Positions 12,978 to 20,936 of a stretch of DNA of 24,000 bases are shown here, in pieces. The DNA is from Kineococcus sp. SYSU DK006 (GTDB lineage Bacteria > Actinomycetota > Actinomycetes > Actinomycetales > Kineococcaceae). Each line of letters opens with the position of its first letter. Within the stretch, counting starts at the first letter, position 1. Under the pieces are notes generated by a model, which saw only the letters and a list, made by a program, of their open reading frames with translations, did no database searches and had not been told where the DNA came from. The position numbers and the translations under genes were made by a program. The DNA is taken from NCBI RefSeq assembly GCF_050871885.1, contig NZ_JBJLSF010000018.1, forward strand, positions 4,677 to 28,676. Direction: 5' to 3'.

Positions 12978-14281
12978 GCCGGGTACGGCTCCCCGCTGGC
13001 CGCCGGGGGGCGCACCCGCCCGACGAAGCCGGCGACCGCGAACAGGGTCGCCAGGTACGGCAGCGCGGACAGGAAGCTGGAGGGCACCGACGAACCGTAC
13101 GGCAGGACGCCCACGAGGGTCTGCAGGGCGGCGAAGAAGCCGAACAGCAGCGAGGCCGCGACGGCCCCCTTGGGCGTCCAGCGGCCGAAGATGACCGCGG
13201 CCAGCGCGATGAACCCCTTGCCGGCGGACATGTTCTCCGTGAACGGGCCGATGGTGCCGACCGACAGGAACGCCCCGCCCAGCCCGGCGATGCCGCCGGC
13301 GACGACCACGTTGACGTAGCGGATGCGCAGGACCGGCACGCCCAGGGTGGCGGCGGCCTTGGGGTGCTCGCCGACCGCGCGGGTGCGCAGTCCCCAGCGG
13401 GTGCGGAACAGCACCACCTGCAGCGCCACGATGAGCGCGTACATCACGTAGACGACGACGTTGGCCTCGAACAGCAGCGGGCCCAGCACCGGGATCTCCG
13501 AGAGCACGGGGATCGGCACCGCCTGCAGCTGGCCCGGCGCGTTGTAGCGCTCGGTGTCGGACTGCATCAGCGCCTTGTAGGCCCAGCCGGTGAACCCGAG
13601 GGCGGCCGCGTTGAGCACCACGCCGAGGATGACCTGGTTGACGCGGTAGCGGATGGCGAACACCGCCAGCAGCCAGCCGACCAGCGCGCCGGACAGGACC
13701 CCGCCGACGACGCCGGCGCCGAGGCTGCCGGCCAGGGAGCCGACGAGCGCGGCGGTGAAGGCGCCGGTGAGCAGCTGCCCCTCGATGGCGACGTTGACGA
13801 CGCCGCTGCGCTCGCCGAGCACGCCGGCCAGCGCGCCGAGGATCAGCGGGGTCGCCAGGAACAGGGTCTGGCGCAGCAGCCGCACCACGTCGATCGAGGC
13901 CGCGTCGCCGCCGCTCATCGCCCAGCACAGGAAGGAGACCATGAACGCGGCCACGGCCACGCCCACCAGCAGCGGCCCGCGGCGGGCGCGGAAGCCGCGC
14001 ACCAGCTGGAACAGGCCCAGCACCACCACGAGCGCGCCGAGCACCACCGGCGTCGCGGTGCCCGGGACGGTGAGGTCGGGCAGGCGCACCGCGGTGTCCC
14101 CGCCGAAGGCGAAGGTGGCGTCCCCGCGGCCGGAGCCGAGGCCCCAGCCCAGGACGGTGACGGCACCGGTCAGCACCAGCAGCGAGCCGGTCACCACCCG
14201 CTTGCGCAGGCCGACGGGCTGCTCGAGCACCTCGTGGACGACGACGGCCTCCGGACGGGCCTGCTGCTCCGCCGCGCTCAC
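12974..14281 (-). CDS. ABC transporter permease, BMP/nucleoside uptake family (NupQ/YufQ-like)
   Basis: The protein is multi-spanning, with ATPLILGALAGVLGERSGVVNVAIEGQLLTGAF and GLRTRAVGEHPKAAATLGVPV motifs typical of BPD/CUT2-type permeases. The GTG at 14281 overlaps the upstream stop (GTGA). The remainder of the 898-aa track ORF is an extension. Confidence 0.9.
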   Translation of the reverse strand: MSAAEQQARPEAVVVHEVLEQPVGLRKRVVTGSLLVLTGAVTVLGWGLGSGRGDATFAFGGDTAVRLPDLTVPGTATPVVLGALVVVLGLFQLVRGFRARRGPLLVGVAVAAFMVSFLCWAMSGGDAASIDVVRLLRQTLFLATPLILGALAGVLGERSGVVNVAIEGQLLTGAFTAALVGSLAGSLGAGVVGGVLSGALVGWLLAVFAIRYRVNQVILGVVLNAAALGFTGWAYKALMQSDTERYNAPGQLQAVPIPVLSEIPVLGPLLFEANVVVYVMYALIVALQVVLFRTRWGLRTRAVGEHPKAAATLGVPVLRIRYVNVVVAGGIAGLGGAFLSVGTIGPFTENMSAGKGFIALAAVIFGRWTPKGAVAASLLFGFFAALQTLVGVLPYGSSVPSSFLSALPYLATLFAVAGFVGRVRPPAASGEPYPA

Positions 14282-15504
14282 CTGCTCCACCCCCCGGCCA
14301 GCTCGGTCCCGACGCCGCCGCCGCCGGCGCGCAGCCGGAAGACGGCCCGCACGAGGGCGGGGGCGGCGATGAACAGCACGATGAGGGCCTGCAGGACCCC
14401 CACCAGGTCCACCGGCACGCCGGTGGTGGACTGCATCTGCACCCCGCCGGCGCGCAGGCCGCCGAACAGCAGGCCGGCCCCGATGACGCCGTAGGGGTTG
14501 TTGCGGCCCAGCAGGGCCACGGTGATCGCGTCGAAGCCGATGGTGCCGGCCACGCTGCCGGTCACGCTGCCGCTGACGCCGAGCACCTGCGAGGCCCCGG
14601 CCAGCCCGGCCAGCCCGCCGGAGAGGGCCATCGCGACCACCTGCAGGCGGCCCACCGACATCCCGGCGGTGCGGGCGGCCTCCGGGTTGGCGCCCACGGC
14701 GCGCAGCCGGAACCCCAGCCGGGAGCGGCTGAAGAGCCAGTGCACGGCCACGGCCGCGAGCAGCGCCAGCAGCAGGCCGGCGTGCACGCGCAGCGGGCTG
14801 CCCAGCAGCAGCGGCAGGCGCGCGCCGGCGTCGACCTGCTCGGAGATGGCCTGCCCGTAGGGCGGGCGCTGGAAGCCCCGGGTGCTCAGCAGGAAGTTCA
14901 GCAGGTTCAGCGCGACGTAGTTGAGCATGATCGAGGTGATGACCTCGTGGGCGCCGGTGCGGGCCTTGAGCCAGCCGATGAGCCCGCCCCACAGCACGCC
15001 GCCGAGCAGGCCGCCGACCAGGGCCAGCAGCAGGTGCAGGCCGACCGGCAGGTCCCAGGTGAACCCGATCCAGGCGGCGCCGACCGCGCCGAGCACGACC
15101 TGGCCCTGCCCGCCGATGTTGAACAGGCCCACCCGGAACGCCAGGGCGACGGCGAGACCGCCGAGGATCAGCGGCGTGGCGTTGACCAGCGTCTCCGAGA
15201 TCGGGCCGAGGGCGCCCTTGCCGGACAGGTCGGGGCTGTAGACCGCGCCCTCCAGCAGCGCCAGGTAGGCGTCGCGCACCGCGTACCAGGCGTTGGAGAA
15301 GGTGTCCCAGGGGTAGCTGAAGAAGTAGCACGCCGCGGCGCGGGTGCGCGCGTCGCCGACGGCGATGAGGACCGCCCCGACGAGGGCGGCACCGACGACG
15401 GCGAAGACGGTGACGAGCCAGGTCCGGCGCGGGGCGGGCCGCCGGGGCGCGGCGCCCGCCGGGCCCGCGGGCGGGACCTCCTTCGCGGGGGTCTCGGTGC
15501 TCAC
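14278..15504 (-). CDS. ABC transporter permease, BMP/nucleoside uptake family (NupP/YufP-like)
   Basis: ATPLILGGLAVALAFRVGLFNIGGQGQVVLGAV and GFRLRAVGANPEAARTAGMSV motifs are present. The GTG at 15504 overlaps the ATPase stop (GTGA). Length 408 aa. Confidence 0.9.
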   Translation of the reverse strand: MSTETPAKEVPPAGPAGAAPRRPAPRRTWLVTVFAVVGAALVGAVLIAVGDARTRAAACYFFSYPWDTFSNAWYAVRDAYLALLEGAVYSPDLSGKGALGPISETLVNATPLILGGLAVALAFRVGLFNIGGQGQVVLGAVGAAWIGFTWDLPVGLHLLLALVGGLLGGVLWGGLIGWLKARTGAHEVITSIMLNYVALNLLNFLLSTRGFQRPPYGQAISEQVDAGARLPLLLGSPLRVHAGLLLALLAAVAVHWLFSRSRLGFRLRAVGANPEAARTAGMSVGRLQVVAMALSGGLAGLAGASQVLGVSGSVTGSVAGTIGFDAITVALLGRNNPYGVIGAGLLFGGLRAGGVQMQSTTGVPVDLVGVLQALIVLFIAAPALVRAVFRLRAGGGGVGTELAGGWSR

Positions 15505-17015
15505 GCGGTTCCCTCCTGCGGTCGCGCGCCGGCCATGAGCAGGCCCAGCTGCTCGGAGCCGGCGTCGGGGCCGACCTCCCCGGCGATGCGTCCGCGGTAC
15601 ATGACGACGATGCGGTCCGCCAGGGCGCGCACCTCGTCCAGTTCGGTGGAGACGAGCAGGACGGCGGCACCGCGGTCGCGCTCGGCGACGATGCGCTGGT
15701 GCACGAACTCCTGGCTGCCGACGTCGACGCCGCGGGTGGGCTGGGCCACCACGAGCAGCTTCAGCGGCCGGGACATCTCGCGGGCCAGCACGACCTTCTG
15801 CTGGTTGCCGCCGGAGAGGGTGGACACCGCCGCCTGCGCGCTGGAGGTGCGGATGTCGAACTCCGCGACGCGCTCGGCGGCGTTGCGCGCCACGGCGGCG
15901 CGGTCGAGCGAAGGGCCGGCGGAGTACGCGGGGGTGTCCACGAGGTCCAGCACGAGGTTCTCGGCGATGCTGAAGGAGCCGACGAGGCCGTCGTGCAGGC
16001 GGTCCTCGGGCACGTACCCGACGCCGCGCTGCAGGACCTGCCGCACGGACAGGCCGGTGAGGTCCTCGCCCGACAGGCGCACGCTGCCGGAGTCCACCGG
16101 CTGCAGGCCCACGACGCTGCGGGTCAGCTCGCTCTGGCCGTTGCCGTCGACACCGGCGATCGCGAGCACCTCCCCCGCGCGCACGGTGAGGCTGACGTCG
16201 TCGAGCAGCAGCGCGCCGGCGGGGTCGGTCACCCGCAGGCCGGACACCTCCAGCACCGGCTCGCCCGGGGCGGCGGGCGCCTTGTCCACGACCAGGCGCA
16301 CGTCGCGCCCGACCATGAGCGCGGCCAGCTCCTCCTGCGAGGCGGTGGGCTCGGCGGAGCCCACGACGCGGCCGCGGCGGATGACGGTGATGCGGTCGGC
16401 GACGGCCCTCACCTCGCGCAGCTTGTGCGTGATGAAGACGATCGAGGTGCCGGAGTCGGCGAGCTCGCGCATGACGCGCATGAGGTCGTCGGTCTCGGCG
16501 GGCGTGAGCACCGCGGTGGGTTCGTCGAGCACGAGCACCTTCGCCTCGCGCAGCAGCGCCTTGAGGATCTCCACGCGCTGCTGCACGCCGACGGCGAGGT
16601 CGGAGACCAGCGCGTCCGGCGGCACCGCGAGCCCGAAGCGCTCGGAGGTCTCCAGCACCCGCGCCCGCGCCCGCCGGCGGTCCAGCAGGCCGCCGCCGCG
16701 GGTCAGCTCGGAGCCGAGGACGATGTTCTCGGTGGCGGTGAAGCCCGGCACCAGCATGAAGTGCTGGTGCACCATGCCGATCCCGGCGGCCATCGCGTCG
16801 CCCGGCGAGGAGAACCGCACCGGTTCGCCGTCGACGAGGACCTCCCCCTCGTCGGGCGCGTGCAGCCCGTAGAGGACGTTCATGAGCGTGCTCTTGCCCG
16901 CGCCGTTCTCGCCGAGCAGGGCGTGGATCTCGCCCTCCCGGACCGTCAGGTCGATCCCGTCGTTGGCGACGAGGGACCCGAAGCGCTTGGTGATGCCTCG
17001 GAGTTCCAGCTCCAC
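15501..17015 (-). CDS. ABC transporter ATP-binding protein with duplicated ATPase domains (nucleoside/sugar CUT2 type, NupO/YufO-like)
   Basis: Walker A GENGAGKSTLMNVLYG, signature LAVGVQQRVEILKAL and Walker B VLVLDEPTAVL are present. The second domain has GVDGNGQSEL, LSGGNQQKVVLAR and LLVVAQPTRGVDVG. Length 504 aa. Confidence 0.93.
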   Translation of the reverse strand: MELELRGITKRFGSLVANDGIDLTVREGEIHALLGENGAGKSTLMNVLYGLHAPDEGEVLVDGEPVRFSSPGDAMAAGIGMVHQHFMLVPGFTATENIVLGSELTRGGGLLDRRRARARVLETSERFGLAVPPDALVSDLAVGVQQRVEILKALLREAKVLVLDEPTAVLTPAETDDLMRVMRELADSGTSIVFITHKLREVRAVADRITVIRRGRVVGSAEPTASQEELAALMVGRDVRLVVDKAPAAPGEPVLEVSGLRVTDPAGALLLDDVSLTVRAGEVLAIAGVDGNGQSELTRSVVGLQPVDSGSVRLSGEDLTGLSVRQVLQRGVGYVPEDRLHDGLVGSFSIAENLVLDLVDTPAYSAGPSLDRAAVARNAAERVAEFDIRTSSAQAAVSTLSGGNQQKVVLAREMSRPLKLLVVAQPTRGVDVGSQEFVHQRIVAERDRGAAVLLVSTELDEVRALADRIVVMYRGRIAGEVGPDAGSEQLGLLMAGARPQEGTA

Positions 17016-17045
17016 GTGCGCGTCGTTCCCCTCGTGGCCTTCGTG

Positions 17046-17078
17046 GGTGGTGCAGCGGTGGTGCTGCGGTGGTGCTGC
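17046..17078. repeat. 11-bp tandem repeat x3 in the lipoprotein-ATPase intercistronic spacer
   Basis: ggtggtgcagc (17046-17056), ggtggtgctgc (17057-17067) and ggtggtgctgc (17068-17078). On the mRNA strand this reads GCAGCACCACC GCAGCACCACC GCTGCACCACC. Confidence 0.85.
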
Positions 17079-17080
17079 GT

Positions 17081-17109
17081 GCCCGGCCGGGCGCTGGACC
17101 CGGCCGGGC
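17081..17109 (-). promoter_or_regulatory. intercistronic stem-loop after the substrate-binding-protein gene (partial terminator or mRNA-stabiliser candidate)
   Basis: Perfect 11-bp GC stem: gcccggccggg (17081-17091) and cccggccgggc (17099-17109), with a 7-nt loop. It begins 7 nt after the lipoprotein stop codon (17116-17118). Confidence 0.4.
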
Positions 17110-17115
17110 CGGGTG

Positions 17116-18207
17116 TCAGCTCGCGGCGATCGCGCTGGGCGAGGTGATCTCGATGGAGCCGTCGACGATGCCCGCGCGGACGGTCTCCAGCTCGCTCTTC
17201 AGCTCGGCGGGGACCTGCGCGTCGAACTCGTTGAACGGCGCCAGGCCGACGCCCTCGTTCTCCAGGGTGCCCACGTAGGAACCGGTCGGGGCCTCGCCGT
17301 CGGCGGCGGCGAGCACGTACTCCTTCACGGAGTCGGTGAGGTTCTTGGTGACCGAGGAGATGAAGTACTGGCAGTACTGCTCGGCGCTCTCGCAGCCGTC
17401 GGTGTCCACCCACACGAGGTTGAGGCTGCCGCCGGCGGCCTCGGCGGCCGCACCGGCGCCGAGGCCGGCCTGGCCGGCCACCGGCATGATGACGTCGGCG
17501 CCCTGGCCGGCGAGGGTCTCGGTGATGGAGCGGCCCGCGGCCTGGTCCTGGAAGCTGTTGGCGAAGGTGCCGCCGCCGGGGTTGTTCTCGTCCCAGCCGA
17601 GGACGCGGACGTTCGTGCCCTTCTGCTGGTTGTGGTGCTGCACGCCCTCCCAGAAGCCGTCCATGAAGATGGTGACCGGCGGGATGGGCAGACCGCCCCA
17701 GGTGCCCACGACGCCCGTCTTGGTCATGCCGGCGGCGAGGTAACCGCCCAGGAACGCGGCCTCGGCGGTGTTGTACTGCAGCGCGTAGACGTTGGGCTCC
17801 TCGGAGGAGGAGTCGATCTCGGCGAAGGACTGGTCCGGGTTCGCGGAGGCCACCTCCTTCATGGAGTCGGCCATCAGCCCGCCCACGCCGATGATCGTGT
17901 CGCAGCCCGCCTGGACCTGGGCCTGCAGGTTCGGCGTGTACTGGGTGTCGTCGGCGGAGGGCACGTAGGAGATCTCGATGTCCGGGTTCTCCTCCTTGGC
18001 CGCCTCCATGCCGGCGTAGGAGCTCTGGTTGAACGAGCGGTCGTCGACGCCGCCGGTGTCCAGGACCATGCACGCCTTGAAGGCGTCACCGCCGCCGGAA
18101 CCCTCCGCCGGGCCGGCGCTGTCGTCGGGCCGGCTGCCGCAGGAGGCCAGCAGCAGGGCGGCGGCGCCCACGGCGGCCACCGGGGCGAAGCGGTGCAGGG
18201 TCTTCAT
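17116..18207 (-). CDS. BMP-family ABC transporter substrate-binding lipoprotein (PnrA/NupN/Med-like nucleoside receptor)
   Basis: The signal peptide has a lipobox: MKTLHRFAPVAAVGAAALLLASCGS. CMVLDTGGVDDRSFNQSSYAGMEAA... is the typical BMP N-terminal motif. The ATG at 18207 is preceded by GGAGGA. Length 363 aa. The 1242-aa track ORF is an upstream extension through the neighbouring genes. Confidence 0.92.
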   Translation of the reverse strand: MKTLHRFAPVAAVGAAALLLASCGSRPDDSAGPAEGSGGGDAFKACMVLDTGGVDDRSFNQSSYAGMEAAKEENPDIEISYVPSADDTQYTPNLQAQVQAGCDTIIGVGGLMADSMKEVASANPDQSFAEIDSSSEEPNVYALQYNTAEAAFLGGYLAAGMTKTGVVGTWGGLPIPPVTIFMDGFWEGVQHHNQQKGTNVRVLGWDENNPGGGTFANSFQDQAAGRSITETLAGQGADVIMPVAGQAGLGAGAAAEAAGGSLNLVWVDTDGCESAEQYCQYFISSVTKNLTDSVKEYVLAAADGEAPTGSYVGTLENEGVGLAPFNEFDAQVPAELKSELETVRAGIVDGSIEITSPSAIAAS

Positions 18208-18296
18208 GGGGGAGGTCCTCCAGGTCGGGGGCGGAGGCGGACGACGACGCGGAAGGCTGGATCGGCGAACGCGCGGACATCGTACGGCGCGAAAAG

Positions 18297-18312
18297 CACG
18301 GTTCCGTCCGTG
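18297..18312. promoter_or_regulatory. palindrome CACGG-N6-CCGTG upstream of the nucleoside importer operon (operator candidate); adjacent -10-like TACGAT
   Basis: cacgg (18297-18301) and ccgtg (18308-18312) lie in the lower-GC patch of the 200-bp spacer. On the minus strand TACGAT sits at 18284-18279, about 70 nt upstream of the lipoprotein ATG. The palindrome falls where a -35 element would be. Confidence 0.25.
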
Positions 18313-18370
18313 CGAGCGGGCAGGTTGTCCAGATCGAGACCATCCGGGCGATGGATCCGGACGGGACGGC

Positions 18371-18401
18371 CGGGCGGAGGGGTCGGGCGGAGGGGTCGGG
18401 C
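18371..18401. repeat. 13-bp tandem duplication (2.4 copies) just downstream of the amidohydrolase stop
   Basis: cgggcggaggggt occurs at 18371-18383 and 18384-18396, followed by a partial cgggc. GGGCGG (just after the stop on the minus strand) can pair with either CCGCCC copy. Confidence 0.85.
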
Positions 18402-18407
18402 CCGCCC

Positions 18408-19694
18408 TCAGCCCGCGGACCTGCGCGGGCCCTGCAGCAGCGCCCGCCGGGAGGCGGCCGTCGCCGCGAGGACGCCGATGCCGGTGGCCAGCGCCGCCTC
18501 GTCGGGGGCGTAGTCGCCGCGGTGCAGGTCGTAGGTCGTGCCGCCGGGGGTGCGCGTGCCCAGGCGGACCATCGCCCCGGGCACGTGGTGCAGGTACCAG
18601 GCGAAGTCCTCCCCGCCCAGCGACTGGCGGGTGGGCAGCACCGCGTCGTCGCCGAGCAGCCCGCGCGCGGCGTGCTCCAGCGCCGCGGTGGCGCGGACCT
18701 CGTTGTCGACCGGCGGCACCCCGCGCACGAGGACGACCTCCGCGCTCACCGCGTACGGGCGCACCAGGTCGGCGACGACGGACTCGACGAGCTCGCCGGC
18801 GTGCTGCCAGGCCTCGGTCTCCATGCACCGCAGCGTCCCGGCGGCGTAGCCCTCGGCGGGCACGGCGTTCGCGGCGTCCCCGGCGTGCACCGCGCCCCAG
18901 GTGAGGTTCACCCCGGCGCGCGGGTCGACGCGGCGGGCCAGCACGGCCGGCAGCTGGGTGACGACCTGCCCGAGGGCGAAGACGAGGTCCCCGGCCAGGT
19001 GCGGGCGGGAGGTGTGGCCGCCGGTGCCGCTCAGGCGCACGGTGACGTGGTCGGAGGCGGAGGTGATCGGCCCCGCCTTCAGCCCGACCGTCCCGACGTC
19101 CAGGGTGGGGTCGCAGTGCAGGCCGTAGACGGCGGCGGCGCCCTCCAGGACGCCGGTGCCGATGACGTCGAGCGCACCGCCGGGCATGACCTCCTCGGCG
19201 GGCTGGAACAGCAGCCGCACGCCGTGCGGGAGCTCCCCGGCCCGGTGCAGCGCCGCGAGGACCATCCCGGCCCCGGCGACGGCGGCGGTGTGCACGTCGT
19301 GCCCGCAGGCGTGCGCGGTGCCGGGCACCGTGGAGGCGTAGGGCAGGCCCGTGGCCTCCTGCACGGCCAGCGCGTCGATGTCGGCGCGCAGCACCAGCCG
19401 GGGGCCGTCGGCCGGCCCGACGTCGGCGACCAGGCCCGTGCCCGGCAGCAGGCGCACCGCGAGCCCCGCCCGCGCCATCGCCTCCGCCAGCAGGCGGGTC
19501 GTGCGGTGCTCGGCGCGGGCGAGCTCGGGGTGGGCGTGCACGTCGCGGCGCAGGGCGCGCGCGGCGGGCTCGTGCTCGGCGACCAGGGCAGCGAGCTCGT
19601 CCAGCCCTGCGGTCGCGGCCGCGGGGCTGCTGGTGTCGCTGCTCACGCCGGGCGACGCTACTCCGCGAGCGCGGCGCCCCGCAGGCCGCACCAC
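18408..19694 (-). CDS. M20-family amidohydrolase (N-acyl-L-amino acid amidohydrolase / hippurate hydrolase-like, AmiA/AmiB type)
   Basis: LRRDVHAHPELARAEHRTTRLLAEAM..., LRADIDALAVQEATGLPYAS...AHACGHDVHTA and GGEDFAWYL are M20D signatures. GTG at 19694 lies 12 nt after the manC stop. An alternative in-frame GTG at 19646 would give a more typical N-terminal length. Confidence 0.85.
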   Translation of the reverse strand: MVRPAGRRARGVASPGVSSDTSSPAAATAGLDELAALVAEHEPAARALRRDVHAHPELARAEHRTTRLLAEAMARAGLAVRLLPGTGLVADVGPADGPRLVLRADIDALAVQEATGLPYASTVPGTAHACGHDVHTAAVAGAGMVLAALHRAGELPHGVRLLFQPAEEVMPGGALDVIGTGVLEGAAAVYGLHCDPTLDVGTVGLKAGPITSASDHVTVRLSGTGGHTSRPHLAGDLVFALGQVVTQLPAVLARRVDPRAGVNLTWGAVHAGDAANAVPAEGYAAGTLRCMETEAWQHAGELVESVVADLVRPYAVSAEVVLVRGVPPVDNEVRATAALEHAARGLLGDDAVLPTRQSLGGEDFAWYLHHVPGAMVRLGTRTPGGTTYDLHRGDYAPDEAALATGIGVLAATAASRRALLQGPRRSAG

Positions 19695-19706
19695 CCGGGC
19701 GGGTGC

Positions 19707-20861
19707 TCAGACGATGGAGTCCAGCCCGGCCTCCTTGGCGCGCGCGACGAGCTTCTTGACCTCCTGGGCGCGCGCCCGGGTGGTCACCAGGAGCGCGTCG
19801 GGGGTGTCCACGACGACGAGGTCGTCGACGCCGAGCAGCGCCACGACGCGCCCGTTGGCCGGCACCACCAGGCCCCCGGCGACGCCCTCGGTCAGGACGA
19901 GGTCGGCGTCGCCGAGCACCTTGGGCTGGTCCACGTCGGCGGGCAGCAGCTCGGCCAGGGAGGAGAAGTCGCCGACGTCGTCCCAGCCGAAGGTGGCGGG
20001 CACGACGGCCACCCGGCCCTCCTCGGCGGCGGGCTCGGCGACGGCGTGGTCGATGGCGATGGAGGGCAGCGCGGGCCACTGCTCGGCCAGCACGGCCTCG
20101 CGCTGCGGGGTCTCCCAGGCGTCGGCGATGCGCTGCAGCCCGGCGTGCAGGGCGGGCGCGTGGGCGGCCAGCAGCTCCAGCAGGACGTCGGCGCGGGCCA
20201 CGAACATGCCGCCGTTCCAGCGGTAGTCGCCGGTGGAGAGGTAGGCCGCGGCGGTGCGCGCGTCGGGCTTCTCCTTGAACTGCAGGACGCGGCGGGCGTT
20301 CGGTGCGCCCTGCAGCCGCAGCCGCTTGCCCAGGCGGATGTAGCCGAAGCCGGTCGCCGGGTGCGAGGGGGCGATGCCGATGGTGACGACGAAGCCGCGG
20401 CGGGCGGTGACGACGGCCTCCTCCACGGAGGACTCGAAGTCGTCGCGGCCGGAGATGTTGTGGTCGGCGGCGAAGGAGCCCAGGACGGCGTCCGGGTCGC
20501 GGCGCACCAGGACGGCCGCCGCCAGGCCGATGGCCGCCGCGGAGTCGCGCTGGCACGGCTCGCGCAGCAGGTTGGCGGGCGCCAGGTCCGGCAGCTGGTC
20601 GGCGACGGCCCCGGCGTGCGAGCGGCCGGTGACCACCAGGGTGCGCGAGGCGTCGGTCAGCGGCAGCAGCCGGTCCCAGGTGGACTGCAGCAGGGTGCGG
20701 CCGCGGCCGGTGAGGTCGAGCAGGAACTTGGGGCGGCCGCTGCGCGACAGCGGCCACAGCCGGGTGCCGGCCCCGCCGGCGGGCACCACGGCGTGGAAGT
20801 CGGACAGGTCGATCGTCGCGTCCTCGAGGTCGTCCACCGACCACGTTCCCCCGTCAGTCAT
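19707..20861 (-). CDS. manC: mannose-1-phosphate guanylyltransferase (GDP-mannose pyrophosphorylase, no PMI domain)
   Basis: HAVVPAGGAGTRLWPLSRSGRPKFLLDL is the nucleotidyltransferase G-x-G-T-R-L-x-P-L-S motif. GYIRLG, FKEKPD and YRWNGGMFV are typical ManC motifs. ATG at 20861 gives 384 aa. The track ORF start at 21041 is an upstream extension. Confidence 0.88.
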   Translation of the reverse strand: MTDGGTWSVDDLEDATIDLSDFHAVVPAGGAGTRLWPLSRSGRPKFLLDLTGRGRTLLQSTWDRLLPLTDASRTLVVTGRSHAGAVADQLPDLAPANLLREPCQRDSAAAIGLAAAVLVRRDPDAVLGSFAADHNISGRDDFESSVEEAVVTARRGFVVTIGIAPSHPATGFGYIRLGKRLRLQGAPNARRVLQFKEKPDARTAAAYLSTGDYRWNGGMFVARADVLLELLAAHAPALHAGLQRIADAWETPQREAVLAEQWPALPSIAIDHAVAEPAAEEGRVAVVPATFGWDDVGDFSSLAELLPADVDQPKVLGDADLVLTEGVAGGLVVPANGRVVALLGVDDLVVVDTPDALLVTTRARAQEVKKLVARAKEAGLDSIV

Positions 20862-20908
20862 GGCCCGGAACCTACCGGTGCGCCGCGCCGCGCCAGGGGC
20901 GGTCGGCG

Positions 20909-20936
20909 CGATCGGGTGGACCTGCTCACCCGATCG
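20909..20936. repeat. perfect 10-bp inverted repeat with 8-nt spacer in the manC-sdhC divergent region (operator or 5'-UTR hairpin candidate)
   Basis: cgatcgggtg (20909-20918) and cacccgatcg (20927-20936), 48-75 bp upstream of the manC ATG. A second GC hairpin lies at about 20948-20969 (gccgcgggg ctt ccccgccggc, one bulge). Confidence 0.85.

Noticed and set aside
18086-18343. 85-codon ORF starting in the importer promoter region and running into the lipoprotein gene
   Set aside because: It is out of frame with the lipoprotein gene, has no SD, has weaker third-position GC bias in its unique part, and its sequence is low complexity. It is most likely non-coding leader/promoter DNA.
11263-20844. 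N-terminal extensions of real genes in the track (deoA to 12795, cdd to 13928, permease to 15670, BMP lipoprotein to 20844, manC to 21041, sdhC from 20989, WYL regulator from 2446)
   Set aside because: The extensions are Arg/Pro-rich read-through into upstream genes. Internal starts give canonical protein lengths, N-terminal motifs (a signal peptide for the lipoprotein), SD sequences or 4-nt coupling overlaps.
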